A stretch of 64,000 bases of DNA from the IMG/VR virus record IMGVR_UViG_3300017963_000189; one strand, 5' to 3'. The notes under the pieces are model-generated. The model was not told where the DNA came from. It saw only the letters and a list, made by a program, of their open reading frames with translations, and searched no databases. Source of the DNA: a virus. Its lineage: Duplodnaviria > Caudoviricetes. The translations under genes and the position numbers were made by a program. Positions 58,321-64,000 of this stretch are shown in pieces (the first letter of the stretch is position 1; the number at the start of each line of letters is the position of its first letter).

Positions 58321-58473
58321 TTAGTAATCAACTTTCCCGCGACAAGCTTTACGGGATTGTTCACGTTTTTTGTTTTTGATTTTACGAACACGGTAACGTC
58401 CATCAAAGAAACCATCACGTTTCTGGATTTCTCTCAAAACACCTTTGTTCATATTTATGTTTACATTACTCAT
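58321..58473 (-). CDS. Small basic hypothetical protein (GFFDGRYR)
   Basis: 3' part of track ORF 58321..58515. Confidence 0.5.
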   Translation of the reverse strand: MSNVNINMNKGVLREIQKRDGFFDGRYRVRKIKNKKREQSRKACRGKVDY

Positions 58474-58718
58474 TAGACCATCACTACTTTCTTTTGTTTC
58501 AACCAAGTTAGACAATCATCTAACTCTTGTTCATCTATTTCGCCATTCAATAACTGACACTGCCAGTTCAACATATTTGAGATAACTTCTTTCCTTACAA
58601 ACTTCCCTTTTGGGAAATCATCTAAGGCTAATCCTAACAAAGGCGTAGTATCTACACCAGGATAAGTCTTTCCATTTCTCAAATCGTCAACTACTTCTTT
58701 TACGTCAGCTTTTGTCAT
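58473..58718 (-). CDS. Hypothetical protein
   Basis: ORF behind TTGACA promoter. Confidence 0.55.
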   Translation of the reverse strand: MTKADVKEVVDDLRNGKTYPGVDTTPLLGLALDDFPKGKFVRKEVISNMLNWQCQLLNGEIDEQELDDCLTWLKQKKVVMV

Positions 58719-58797
58719 TTCTCAAATCCTCTCTAAATGTTATACCTAAATATACAACATTTTTTTGGATTTGTCAACTGTTTTCTGGTTTTTTTTG

Positions 58798-58871
58798 TAC
58801 CGCGAGTTGGATTTGAACCAACGACTTCCTGCTTGTAAGGCAGACACTCTAAACCCCTGAGTTACCGCGGC
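58798..58871 (-). tRNA. tRNA-Val(UAC)
   Basis: Cloverleaf. Confidence 0.95.
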
Positions 58872-58885
58872 ATATAATGTTCCTT

Positions 58886-59021
58886 TGGTACGAGAGGCAA
58901 GACTTCATCCTTGCGCTTATGTATTGTAACCTATATGATCAACCTATAAGCCATACATCGTATGGAAGCGAATCAAACATACAGCGCTGACTTTGTTTGA
59001 CTTTTTCTCTACCTCTCTCGC
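58886..59021 (-). ncRNA. tRNA-like RNA (acceptor + T-like arm + encoded ACCA) with multi-hairpin core
   Basis: GCGAGAG/CTCTCGT-ACCA; GCAAG-GATGAAGT-CTTGC; hairpins TCAAACA/TGTTTGA, CCATAC/GTATGG, GCTTAT/ATAAGC. Confidence 0.6.
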
Positions 59022-59036
59022 CAGAGAAACATTGTG

Positions 59037-59110
59037 CTCCACCGGTAGGATTCGAACCTACGACAAGTCGGTTAACAGCCGACCGCTCTACCTGACTGAG
59101 CTACAGTGGA
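59037..59110 (-). tRNA. tRNA-Asn(GUU)
   Basis: Cloverleaf. Confidence 0.95.
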
Positions 59111-59113
59111 ATT

Positions 59114-59188
59114 TGGCTGGCCCGCCTGGACTTGAACCAGGAATGCTTGAGTCAAAGTCAAGTGTGTTGCCAATTACACCACGAGCCA
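59114..59188 (-). tRNA. tRNA-Gln(UUG), CCA encoded
   Basis: Cloverleaf. Confidence 0.95.
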
Positions 59189-59196
59189 ATTTCTTG

Positions 59197-59269
59197 TGGA
59201 GGCCCTGAGAATCGAACTCAGCTCTTCACGGGCTTCAACCGAACGCTTCACCAGGATAGCTTGACCTCC
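59197..59269 (-). tRNA. tRNA-Phe(GAA)
   Basis: Cloverleaf. Confidence 0.88.
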
Positions 59270-59278
59270 AAAAAAAAT

Positions 59279-59389
59279 GGGTAAGTGTCGAATAAGATAA
59301 ATCTCCCAAAGGGAGTTGTGGGGCTTGATCCCACGGCGATCCAGATTCGTAAATCCGACCGCCAACCAGGTAACCTTATCCATCGACCC
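59279..59389 (-). ncRNA. Y-RNA-like element Y4 with tRNA-like domain
   Basis: GGGTCGATGGATAAG-GTTACC...T-arm GTGGG-ATCAAGC-CCCAC, CTCCC/GGGAG hairpin...CTTATTCGACACTTACCC. Confidence 0.7.
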
Positions 59390-59395
59390 ACTTAG

Positions 59396-59588
59396 TTCTC
59401 AGAGTTGGAATCGAACCAACTTCCGTACAAGGTTTATTGTAGTTACTTACTATTCACACATTGTTTATTTTTCAGGCCTCAATGTGTGGGCTTCACTACA
59501 ATCTCACTTGATTCTACTTAGATTCGGCTGATCGCGATCAGCAGGAACGATCTAAGTCAACGTGTCTTACCGCATAAACGATCCAAGA
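59396..59588 (-). ncRNA. tRNA-like RNA with ~130-nt domain replacing anticodon arm
   Basis: TCTTGGA/TCTGAGA acceptor, GTTT/AGAC D-stem, GTTGG-TTCGATT-CCAAC; insert stems ACTTAGAT/ATCTAAGT, GCTGATC/GATCAGC, ATTGTAGT/ACTACAAT, CACACATTG/CAATGTGTG. Confidence 0.7.
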
Positions 59589-59589
59589 G

Positions 59590-59664
59590 CGGAACCGACG
59601 GGACTTGAACCCGCAAGCCTTCGCCTTGACAGGGCGATGTGCTAACCAATTACACCACGGCTCC
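59590..59664 (-). tRNA. tRNA-Asp(GUC)
   Basis: Cloverleaf. Confidence 0.95.
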
Positions 59665-59703
59665 AAATAAGAACAGTTTCACATCTTGTTCAGGATGTAA
59701 AAA

Positions 59704-60123
59704 TTACTGCAACAACGTCAGGTTCAGGAATGGGAAATGTCTTTTCAACTCAACTTCGTGTTTCAATAATACCTTAGCTTCCGGTTCCGCTTTCAATAAG
59801 ACATCTAAAGAATCGTAGTAAGTAACATCGTTGACTTCCGCTTCCCAGCCGTAGCAAGAACAGTGTCCGTCATACAATACTGCCCATCTACCATCTTTAG
59901 TTATTCCTATTTCAGTAGCGCCTTCTTCGTAATCATCCAAGTAAAACCCATCATACATTATCAACCACACTACTTCAACACCTTTCAACGCAAATTGTAA
60001 ACGATCAATGTTATCAACTCCAGATTCAATAGCATATTCCCCGTAGAATCCGTTGTCATAACTTTCCTGCAACGCTTTTTGTTGATAGTTGTACGCTTTT
60101 CTCCAAGTTTGTAAAGTTTTCAT
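59704..60123 (-). CDS. Hypothetical protein
   Basis: ORF with GGAG RBS; HCSCYG motif. Confidence 0.6.
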   Translation of the reverse strand: MKTLQTWRKAYNYQQKALQESYDNGFYGEYAIESGVDNIDRLQFALKGVEVVWLIMYDGFYLDDYEEGATEIGITKDGRWAVLYDGHCSCYGWEAEVNDVTYYDSLDVLLKAEPEAKVLLKHEVELKRHFPFLNLTLLQ

Positions 60124-60238
60124 GGCAATTCTCCTTATGTTAGTTTATGGTTTCTAAGTAGTTAAGAATTGCTTAACTTTACCATACCTATCATTTGGAT
60201 TGTCGCCTAAAAAATTTACTTCTCAAAGATCAAACTTG

Positions 60239-60311
60239 TGCCCCCACTTGGATTCGAACCAAGAACTCACCGCTTAAAAGGCGGGTGCGTTACCATTGAC
60301 GCCATGGAGGC
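60239..60311 (-). tRNA. tRNA-Lys(UUU)
   Basis: Cloverleaf. Confidence 0.93.
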
Positions 60312-60313
60312 AA

Positions 60314-60553
60314 TTACATACTATTTTTTATCGCACTTACTATTTGGTAAAAATTCATTATCGTCCAATTCTTGTATACCATCACTTCACCATCAGAATA
60401 ATGAACTACCATTTTTATTTTTCCATAAAATTTACATATTTTGTCGCCGTTCTCGTTGATAAATGTGACCTTGTTATTCTCTACAATAAAATCACACTCA
60501 ACTTCAATGGCGACCCACTTGTAAAAATCGTAAAAAACTCTATCATTGTCCAT
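60314..60553 (-). CDS. Hypothetical protein
   Basis: ORF behind TTGACA promoter. Confidence 0.5.
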   Translation of the reverse strand: MDNDRVFYDFYKWVAIEVECDFIVENNKVTFINENGDKICKFYGKIKMVVHYSDGEVMVYKNWTIMNFYQIVSAIKNSM

Positions 60554-60627
60554 CGTTTATTCCTTTAACGTATATATAAATATACGAAAAAAATGTAAAC
60601 TTGTCAACTGTTTTTTCAGATTTTTTG

Positions 60628-60699
60628 TAGGCCTGCAAGGTAACGATCCTTGTTCTCCCGCTTAAAAGGCGGGTGCTTCACCATTAAAGCTTCAGACCC
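60628..60699 (-). tRNA. tRNA-Lys(UUU), variant T-loop
   Basis: Cloverleaf; T-loop ATCGTTA. Confidence 0.85.
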
Positions 60700-60707
60700 A
60701 TAATTTG

Positions 60708-60780
60708 TGGAGCTACTCGGATTCGAACCGAGAACTCAGGCTTGCAAGGCGAGCGTAGTTCCCATTACTACCATAGCCCC
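60708..60780 (-). tRNA. tRNA-Ala(UGC), mismatched anticodon stem
   Basis: Cloverleaf; G3:U70. Confidence 0.85.
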
Positions 60781-60790
60781 ATATCATTTG

Positions 60791-60863
60791 TGGAGACGAT
60801 CGGAATCGAACCGACCACAGTCTGCTTGCAAGGCAGTCTCGCCCCCTTGGCACATGCGCCCCC
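60791..60863 (-). tRNA. tRNA-Ala(UGC)
   Basis: Cloverleaf; G3:U70. Confidence 0.85.
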
Positions 60864-60915
60864 ATAAAAGACAATCGTTTTAGGTTATCTCAACTCAAAC
60901 AACCTTTTTTACTTG

Positions 60916-60986
60916 TCCGCACAGAGAGAATCGAACTCCCATTTACTGGATATAAGCCAGGTGCTCTACCGTTGAACTATGCGCGG
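60916..60986 (-). tRNA. tRNA-Ile(UAU)
   Basis: CCTGG-CT TAT AT-CCAGT; A73. Confidence 0.85.
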
Positions 60987-61070
60987 ATAAATGAACAAGT
61001 ATTGTATTGGAAAGCGGGCATTAGCCCAACTCCATCATGAAAGGATAACCCAATACTTTCGGCTCATTAG

Positions 61071-61141
61071 CAAGGGCGACAGGAATCGAACCCGCCACAC
61101 CAGGATTTGGAGTCCCGGTCGTCACCTTGACATACGCCCCT
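61071..61141 (-). tRNA. tRNA-Trp(CCA)
   Basis: Cloverleaf. Confidence 0.92.
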
Positions 61142-61149
61142 ATAATTTG

Positions 61150-61232
61150 TACCGACACTCGGATTCGAACCGAGACGGGATTTCTCCCACTCGCTTTTGA
61201 AACGAGCGTGTCTACCATTCCACCATATCGGC
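61150..61232 (-). tRNA. tRNA-Leu(CAA)
   Basis: Cloverleaf with long variable arm. Confidence 0.95.
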
Positions 61233-61237
61233 ATAAT

Positions 61238-61337
61238 GTCAAGGATTTTCACTACACAAAAGTTGACATATCTATGTAGTAAAGGCGTTTTACGTTTGTC
61301 GGTCTAAGTCAACCTCGACCTTTCCCACGACCTTGAC
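61238..61337 (-). ncRNA. Unidentified structured intergenic RNA
   Basis: GTCAAGG/CCTTGAC closing stem, TTTACTACA/TGTAGTGAA hairpin, GTTGAC complementary to loop GTCAAC. Confidence 0.45.
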
Positions 61338-61346
61338 GTACCTTAG

Positions 61347-61429
61347 TAGCACTGGAGAGATTCGAACTCTCATGTATGTTTCAACCGCCGGGTTTAAGCC
61401 GACTGCGTATGCCATTCCGCCACAGTGCC
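61347..61429 (-). tRNA. tRNA-Leu(UAA)
   Basis: Cloverleaf with variable arm. Confidence 0.93.
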
Positions 61430-61439
61430 ATATATTTTG

Positions 61440-61512
61440 TAGCACCACCCGGATTCGAACCGAGATCTGTGGGGCGAAAACCCACTATCCTAAACCATTA
61501 GACGATGATGCC
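61440..61512 (-). tRNA. tRNA-Glu(UUC)
   Basis: Cloverleaf. Confidence 0.9.
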
Positions 61513-61519
61513 ATATAAT

Positions 61520-61599
61520 GAGCAAATAGTTGTCAAGGAATAACCCCGAAGGGCTATTGGATTCGAACCAATTTAACCGATAACCTTAACATTCGGCTC
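61520..61599 (-). ncRNA. YrlA-like Y RNA Y5
   Basis: GAGCCGAATG (GNCGAAN0-1G)-TTAAGG-TTATC, T-arm ATTGG-TTCGAAT-CCAAT, closed hairpin AGCCC-TTCG-GGGTT, CCTTGACA...GCTC. Confidence 0.8.
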
Positions 61600-61604
61600 A
61601 TTTG

Positions 61605-61679
61605 TCGGGATAGACGGATTCGAACCGCCGATCCCATGCTCCCAAAGCATGTGCGTTAGCCAGACTACGCTATATCCCG
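61605..61679 (-). tRNA. tRNA-Pro(UGG)
   Basis: Cloverleaf. Confidence 0.95.
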
Positions 61680-61686
61680 ATAAAAG

Positions 61687-61758
61687 TCTGAGCGGCTGGG
61701 CTCGAACCAGCGCGTTCCCGGTTCCAAGCCGGGGTTCTTCCAACTGAACTACGCCCAG
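61687..61758 (-). tRNA. tRNA-Pro(UGG)
   Basis: Cloverleaf. Confidence 0.92.
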
Positions 61759-61764
61759 ATAATA

Positions 61765-61836
61765 AAACGAACAAGAGTGACCAACGAGTTTTGTTCTTTT
61801 TGACAGGAAAGATAATCGTCAATCTTCGGCTCGTTT
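61765..61836 (-). ncRNA. Y-RNA-like element Y6 (minimal)
   Basis: AAACGAGC-CGAAG-ATTGACG-ATTATC...CGTTGGT-CACTCTT-GTTCGTTT. Confidence 0.75.
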
Positions 61837-61838
61837 AG

Positions 61839-61911
61839 AGTACCATATCGGATTCGAACCGATACCACCGACTTGGAAGGACGGAATGCTACCGTTAAAC
61901 ACCAATGGTAC
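61839..61911 (-). tRNA. tRNA-Gly(UCC)
   Basis: Cloverleaf, U73. Confidence 0.92.
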
Positions 61912-61918
61912 ATAAAAG

Positions 61919-61990
61919 TTGCGGGAGTGAGAATTGAACTCACGTGGCTCGGCTTATGAAACCGAGTGGGCGACCAACAGCCTTCCCACA
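61919..61990 (-). tRNA. tRNA-Met(CAU), minimal D-arm
   Basis: CTCGGT-TT CAT AA-GCCGAG; GTGAG-TTCAATT-CTCAC. Confidence 0.75.
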
Positions 61991-61996
61991 ATAAAA

Positions 61997-62157
61997 GTGC
62001 TCCGTTAAGGATTCGAACCTCGTTTAGTTATACCATGCTACACCTTGGCCCAGGACTTTGGTATAACCTACTCTTTCATCTTAGTGAACTGACTTGAATC
62101 AGTGTAGTAACTCAAGACTTCATTCTAAAACTATTAGACCATCTTCTAACCGGAACA
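61997..62157 (-). ncRNA. tRNA-like RNA with ~100-nt insert containing putative kissing loops
   Basis: TGTTCCG/CGGAGCA acceptor, TAGA/TCTA D-stem, T-loop TTCGAAT; hairpins CTTGA/TCAAG and GTTATACCA/TGGTATAAC with loops CTACAC and GTGTAG. Confidence 0.7.
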
Positions 62158-62165
62158 TATAAGGC

Positions 62166-62305
62166 TGCCTGAGGCCGGAATCGAACCGGCTTGAAAACCC
62201 ATTTCGTACTTTGTGGTTTTCTTTAGCGACCCCAGCGATTCTGTCTCAGTTAGTACGAACCAAAACATATTCTTTTCTGGGCGCCCCACTCCAGTGGGCT
62301 CGGGC
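62166..62305 (-). ncRNA. tRNA-like RNA with ~80-nt insert in anticodon loop
   Basis: GCCCGAG/CTCAGGC, CCCAC-TGGA-GTGGG, anticodon stem GCCCA/TGGGT, inner TTCGTACT/AGTACGAA, T-arm GCCGG-TTCGATT-CCGGC. Confidence 0.7.
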
Positions 62306-62311
62306 GTTTAG

Positions 62312-62393
62312 TACCTTCGGAGAGATTCGAACTCTCATGTCCTTTGGACGCTGGTTTCTAAAACCAGTGTGTATGCCGTTCCACCACGAAGGC
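62312..62393 (-). tRNA. tRNA-Leu(UAG)
   Basis: Cloverleaf with variable arm. Confidence 0.95.
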
Positions 62394-62399
62394 AAATAG

Positions 62400-62473
62400 T
62401 GCGGGAAGTAGGTTTTGTATCCTACAACTTCGGGCTTACTCACCCGATGTTTTTTCTCTTAAACTATTCCCAC
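62400..62473 (-). pseudogene. Degenerate tRNA (8-nt anticodon loop TGAGTAAG, T-loop ATACAAAA)
   Basis: All four stems pair but loops lack consensus. Confidence 0.6.
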
Positions 62474-62476
62474 TTG

Positions 62477-62551
62477 TGATGTCGACGGGATTCGAACCCG
62501 CATTTACCAGATTGAAAGTCTGGTGTCCTACTCCATTTAGACGACGACATC
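62477..62551 (-). tRNA. tRNA-Glu(UUC)
   Basis: Cloverleaf. Confidence 0.93.
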
Positions 62552-62557
62552 AATTTG

Positions 62558-62629
62558 AGCTACCTACAGGAATCGAACCCGTAACTTGGGCTTACAAAAC
62601 CCTTGTTTTCCCAGTTAAACTAAGGCAGC
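62558..62629 (-). tRNA. tRNA-Thr(UGU)
   Basis: Cloverleaf. Confidence 0.9.
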
Positions 62630-62638
62630 ATTCATTTG

Positions 62639-62711
62639 AGCTCCCGATCGGCATCGAACCGATACCACCAACTTACCAAGCTGGTATTCTATCCAATTAA
62701 ACTACAGGAGC
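62639..62711 (-). tRNA. tRNA-Thr(GGU)
   Basis: Cloverleaf. Confidence 0.92.
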
Positions 62712-62718
62712 AACTCAG

Positions 62719-62792
62719 GGTGATCGTCGGGATTCGAACCCGAACCAGCCGAGTCACAATCGACTATGCTCACCATTTACACCACGATCACC
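62719..62792 (-). tRNA. tRNA-His(GUG), G-1 genomically encoded, C73
   Basis: G-GTGATCG.../CGATCAC-C; TT GTG AC. Confidence 0.95.
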
Positions 62793-62799
62793 ATATAAG

Positions 62800-62873
62800 C
62801 GAGACCGAAGGGATTCGAACCCTCAGCTACCGGATAGACAGTCCGGTGTGTTGACCAATTACACCACGGCCCC
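62800..62873 (-). tRNA. tRNA-Asp(GUC)
   Basis: Cloverleaf. Confidence 0.95.
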
Positions 62874-62937
62874 AAATGAACCAAACTCCATTATCATCCG
62901 CACGGTTAGTCGGCTTGATCAATTTCATTTGGTTTAG

Positions 62938-63009
62938 CTTCTCCAATAGGATTCGAACCTATATCTCCGCCCCGATTGGGCAGTGTCCTTTCCTTTAGAC
63001 GATAGAGAA
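62938..63009 (-). tRNA. Glu/Asp-type tRNA body with aberrant loop CA ATC GG (anticodon AUC, A33)
   Basis: Intact stems and T-loop; U33 lost. Confidence 0.6.
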
Positions 63010-63108
63010 AACGAAACAAAGTGATCAACTTTATATTTCGCCGTGGATAGGAAAGTGATCAGCTCTCCAGCCCCACTATACCATTGGCATATAAAACCAA
63101 TGATGTTG

Positions 63109-63179
63109 CTGACCCACATGGATTCGAACCATGAACTTCTGATTCAAAGTCAGAGATGTTACCATTACACCATGAGCCA
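63109..63179 (-). tRNA. tRNA-Gln(UUG)
   Basis: Cloverleaf. Confidence 0.95.
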
Positions 63180-63184
63180 ATATA

Positions 63185-63277
63185 AAAAGAATCTCGATAT
63201 GTTGTGTTAAGTTCCTCATAGGGCAGACGTAACTCCTAAACAACATATCAGCCGTTCTGCTACTCATTGATTCTTTT
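63185..63277 (-). ncRNA. Long hairpin RNA with asymmetric bulge
   Basis: AAAAGAATC/GATTCTTTT and GATATGTTGT/ACAACATATC stems. Confidence 0.45.
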
Positions 63278-63278
63278 G

Positions 63279-63355
63279 TCCGCGCGGTTGGAATCGAACC
63301 AACGTGTAACCTACTACTCTTTCTACGCCTTATCAGAGCGAGGAGATACGCGCGG
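63279..63355 (-). ncRNA. Non-canonical tRNA-like RNA, anticodon GAU (Ile), displaced D-loop class
   Basis: CCGCGCG/CGCGCGG, CGCT-CT GAT AA-GGCG, TAGTAGG after anticodon arm, GTTGG-TTCGATT-CCAAC. Confidence 0.75.
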
Positions 63356-63366
63356 ATATTTTTTCG

Positions 63367-63439
63367 TACTCTCGGCCGGATTCGAACCGACATTGTTGGT
63401 TTCGTAGACCAAAGTCCTATCCTATTGAACGACGAGAGC
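63367..63439 (-). tRNA. tRNA-Arg(ACG)
   Basis: Cloverleaf. Confidence 0.93.
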
Positions 63440-63446
63440 ATATTAG

Positions 63447-63630
63447 CTTCACGAGTGAGATTCGAACTCATTGTCTCAGTCGGGCACTTAACCGCATCGA
63501 CAGTTTAACTTGTCCAACTCTTATCCGGAAAAGAGTAGAAACGTTCATGTTTCGCGAGAACATTACTAAGTTTCCAGAGGAACTCACCGAAGAAAGTGAG
63601 CGACGATTCACCACATCGTCCAGTCGTGAA
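63447..63630 (-). ncRNA. tRNA-like RNA with ~125-nt multi-hairpin core
   Basis: TTCACGA/TCGTGAA acceptor, GACGAT-GTGGTGA-ATCGTC D-arm, TGAG-TTCGAAT-CTCA T-arm, hairpins CTCAC/GTGAG, ACTCTT/AAGAGT, GTCG/CGAC. Confidence 0.7.
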
Positions 63631-63740
63631 ATATATTGTCTTAGCAGACAAGGAGCGTTCGGCATCGTCCTACTCTATCCTTTTCCCCTTATTTATGTTA
63701 CCAGCCACTAATGAGTGTCAGGTGGGTAAGTCTACCATTG

Positions 63741-63824
63741 TGAGAGCAATAGGATTCGAACCTATACAGCCGTTAGGCACCGGGTTTACAATCCGGCTCA
63801 GCTCACCGTCTCTGAAGTGCTCCC
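63741..63824 (-). tRNA. tRNA-Tyr(GUA)
   Basis: Cloverleaf with variable arm. Confidence 0.9.
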
Positions 63825-63916
63825 AAAAATGTGTGTTTCCATTTTGAACTACAACTGTATGACTTATGTCAGTGTTGCAGGATCGAGAACGTGTACACAC
63901 CAAACCAAACTCTTAG

Positions 63917-63991
63917 CTTACCCGCTCAGATTCGAACTGAGGTCTCACGGCTTAACAGGCCGGCGTTTTAGACCGCTAATACTACGGGCAA
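63917..63991 (-). tRNA. tRNA-Asn(GUU)
   Basis: Cloverleaf. Confidence 0.85.
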
Positions 63992-64000
63992 ATATGGTAT

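Noticed and set aside
61919-61990. UCA (Sec/opal suppressor) anticodon
   Set aside because: A U:G pair extends the stem to give a 7-nt TT CAT AA loop; no long variable arm or extended acceptor as in tRNA-Sec
57486-63630. Group I/II introns in the expanded tRNAs
   Set aside because: Inserts are 65-130 nt, with no recognisable P7/omega-G or domain V
63637-63740. Possible further ncRNAs at 62874-62936, 63020-63105 and 63637-63740
   Set aside because: Only short or ambiguous pairings; no support beyond being GC-richer spacers
55724-63903. Minus-strand ORFs overlapping tRNA genes (55724, 59174, 61021, 61067, 61749, 62246, 62934, 63076, 63468, 63718)
   Set aside because: They run through clear tRNA or structured RNA sequences

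Overview
A 64-kb, AT-rich segment of a very large tailed (myovirus-like, jumbo) phage genome. Essentially all real genes are on the minus strand. 1-14 kb: virion/baseplate module (gp6-like wedge, gp25-like, gp5-like spike) interleaved with small probable head-packaged proteins, followed by a gp55-like late sigma factor. 15-41 kb: accessory genes including tmRNA (tag GNELQLAA), IMPDH/GMP reductase, peptide deformylase with a SEC-C tail, a TonB-dependent receptor/PnuC/NadR salvage cassette split by a Dda-like helicase, SNF2 helicase, Nudix, Thg1-like polymerase and an RNA-repair-type HAD. 40.7-43.5 kb: Ro60/TROVE gene with a non-coding leader holding Y-RNA-like elements, tRNA-fMet and an unknown ~315-nt structured RNA. 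43.6-48.2 kb: eight tandem, otherwise divergent genes that all start MKxRxGFVSNSS(S/T)SSF, followed by a radical SAM enzyme. 48-56 kb: Hsp20, GroES-like, PAS-only protein, DEDDh exonuclease, PTH2-like hydrolase and a probable amber-suppressor tRNA. 56-64 kb: dense array of >30 tRNAs mixed with many non-canonical tRNA-like and Y-RNA-like RNAs. The best candidates for undescribed biology are the GFVSNSSSSSF array with its radical SAM enzyme, the Ro60 plus multi-Y-RNA system, tRNA architectures with a relocated D-loop or large domains replacing the anticodon arm, and a phage-encoded outer-membrane-to-NAD uptake chain. All protein calls come from motif recognition and all RNA folds were worked out by hand. 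No searches or folding programs were run.
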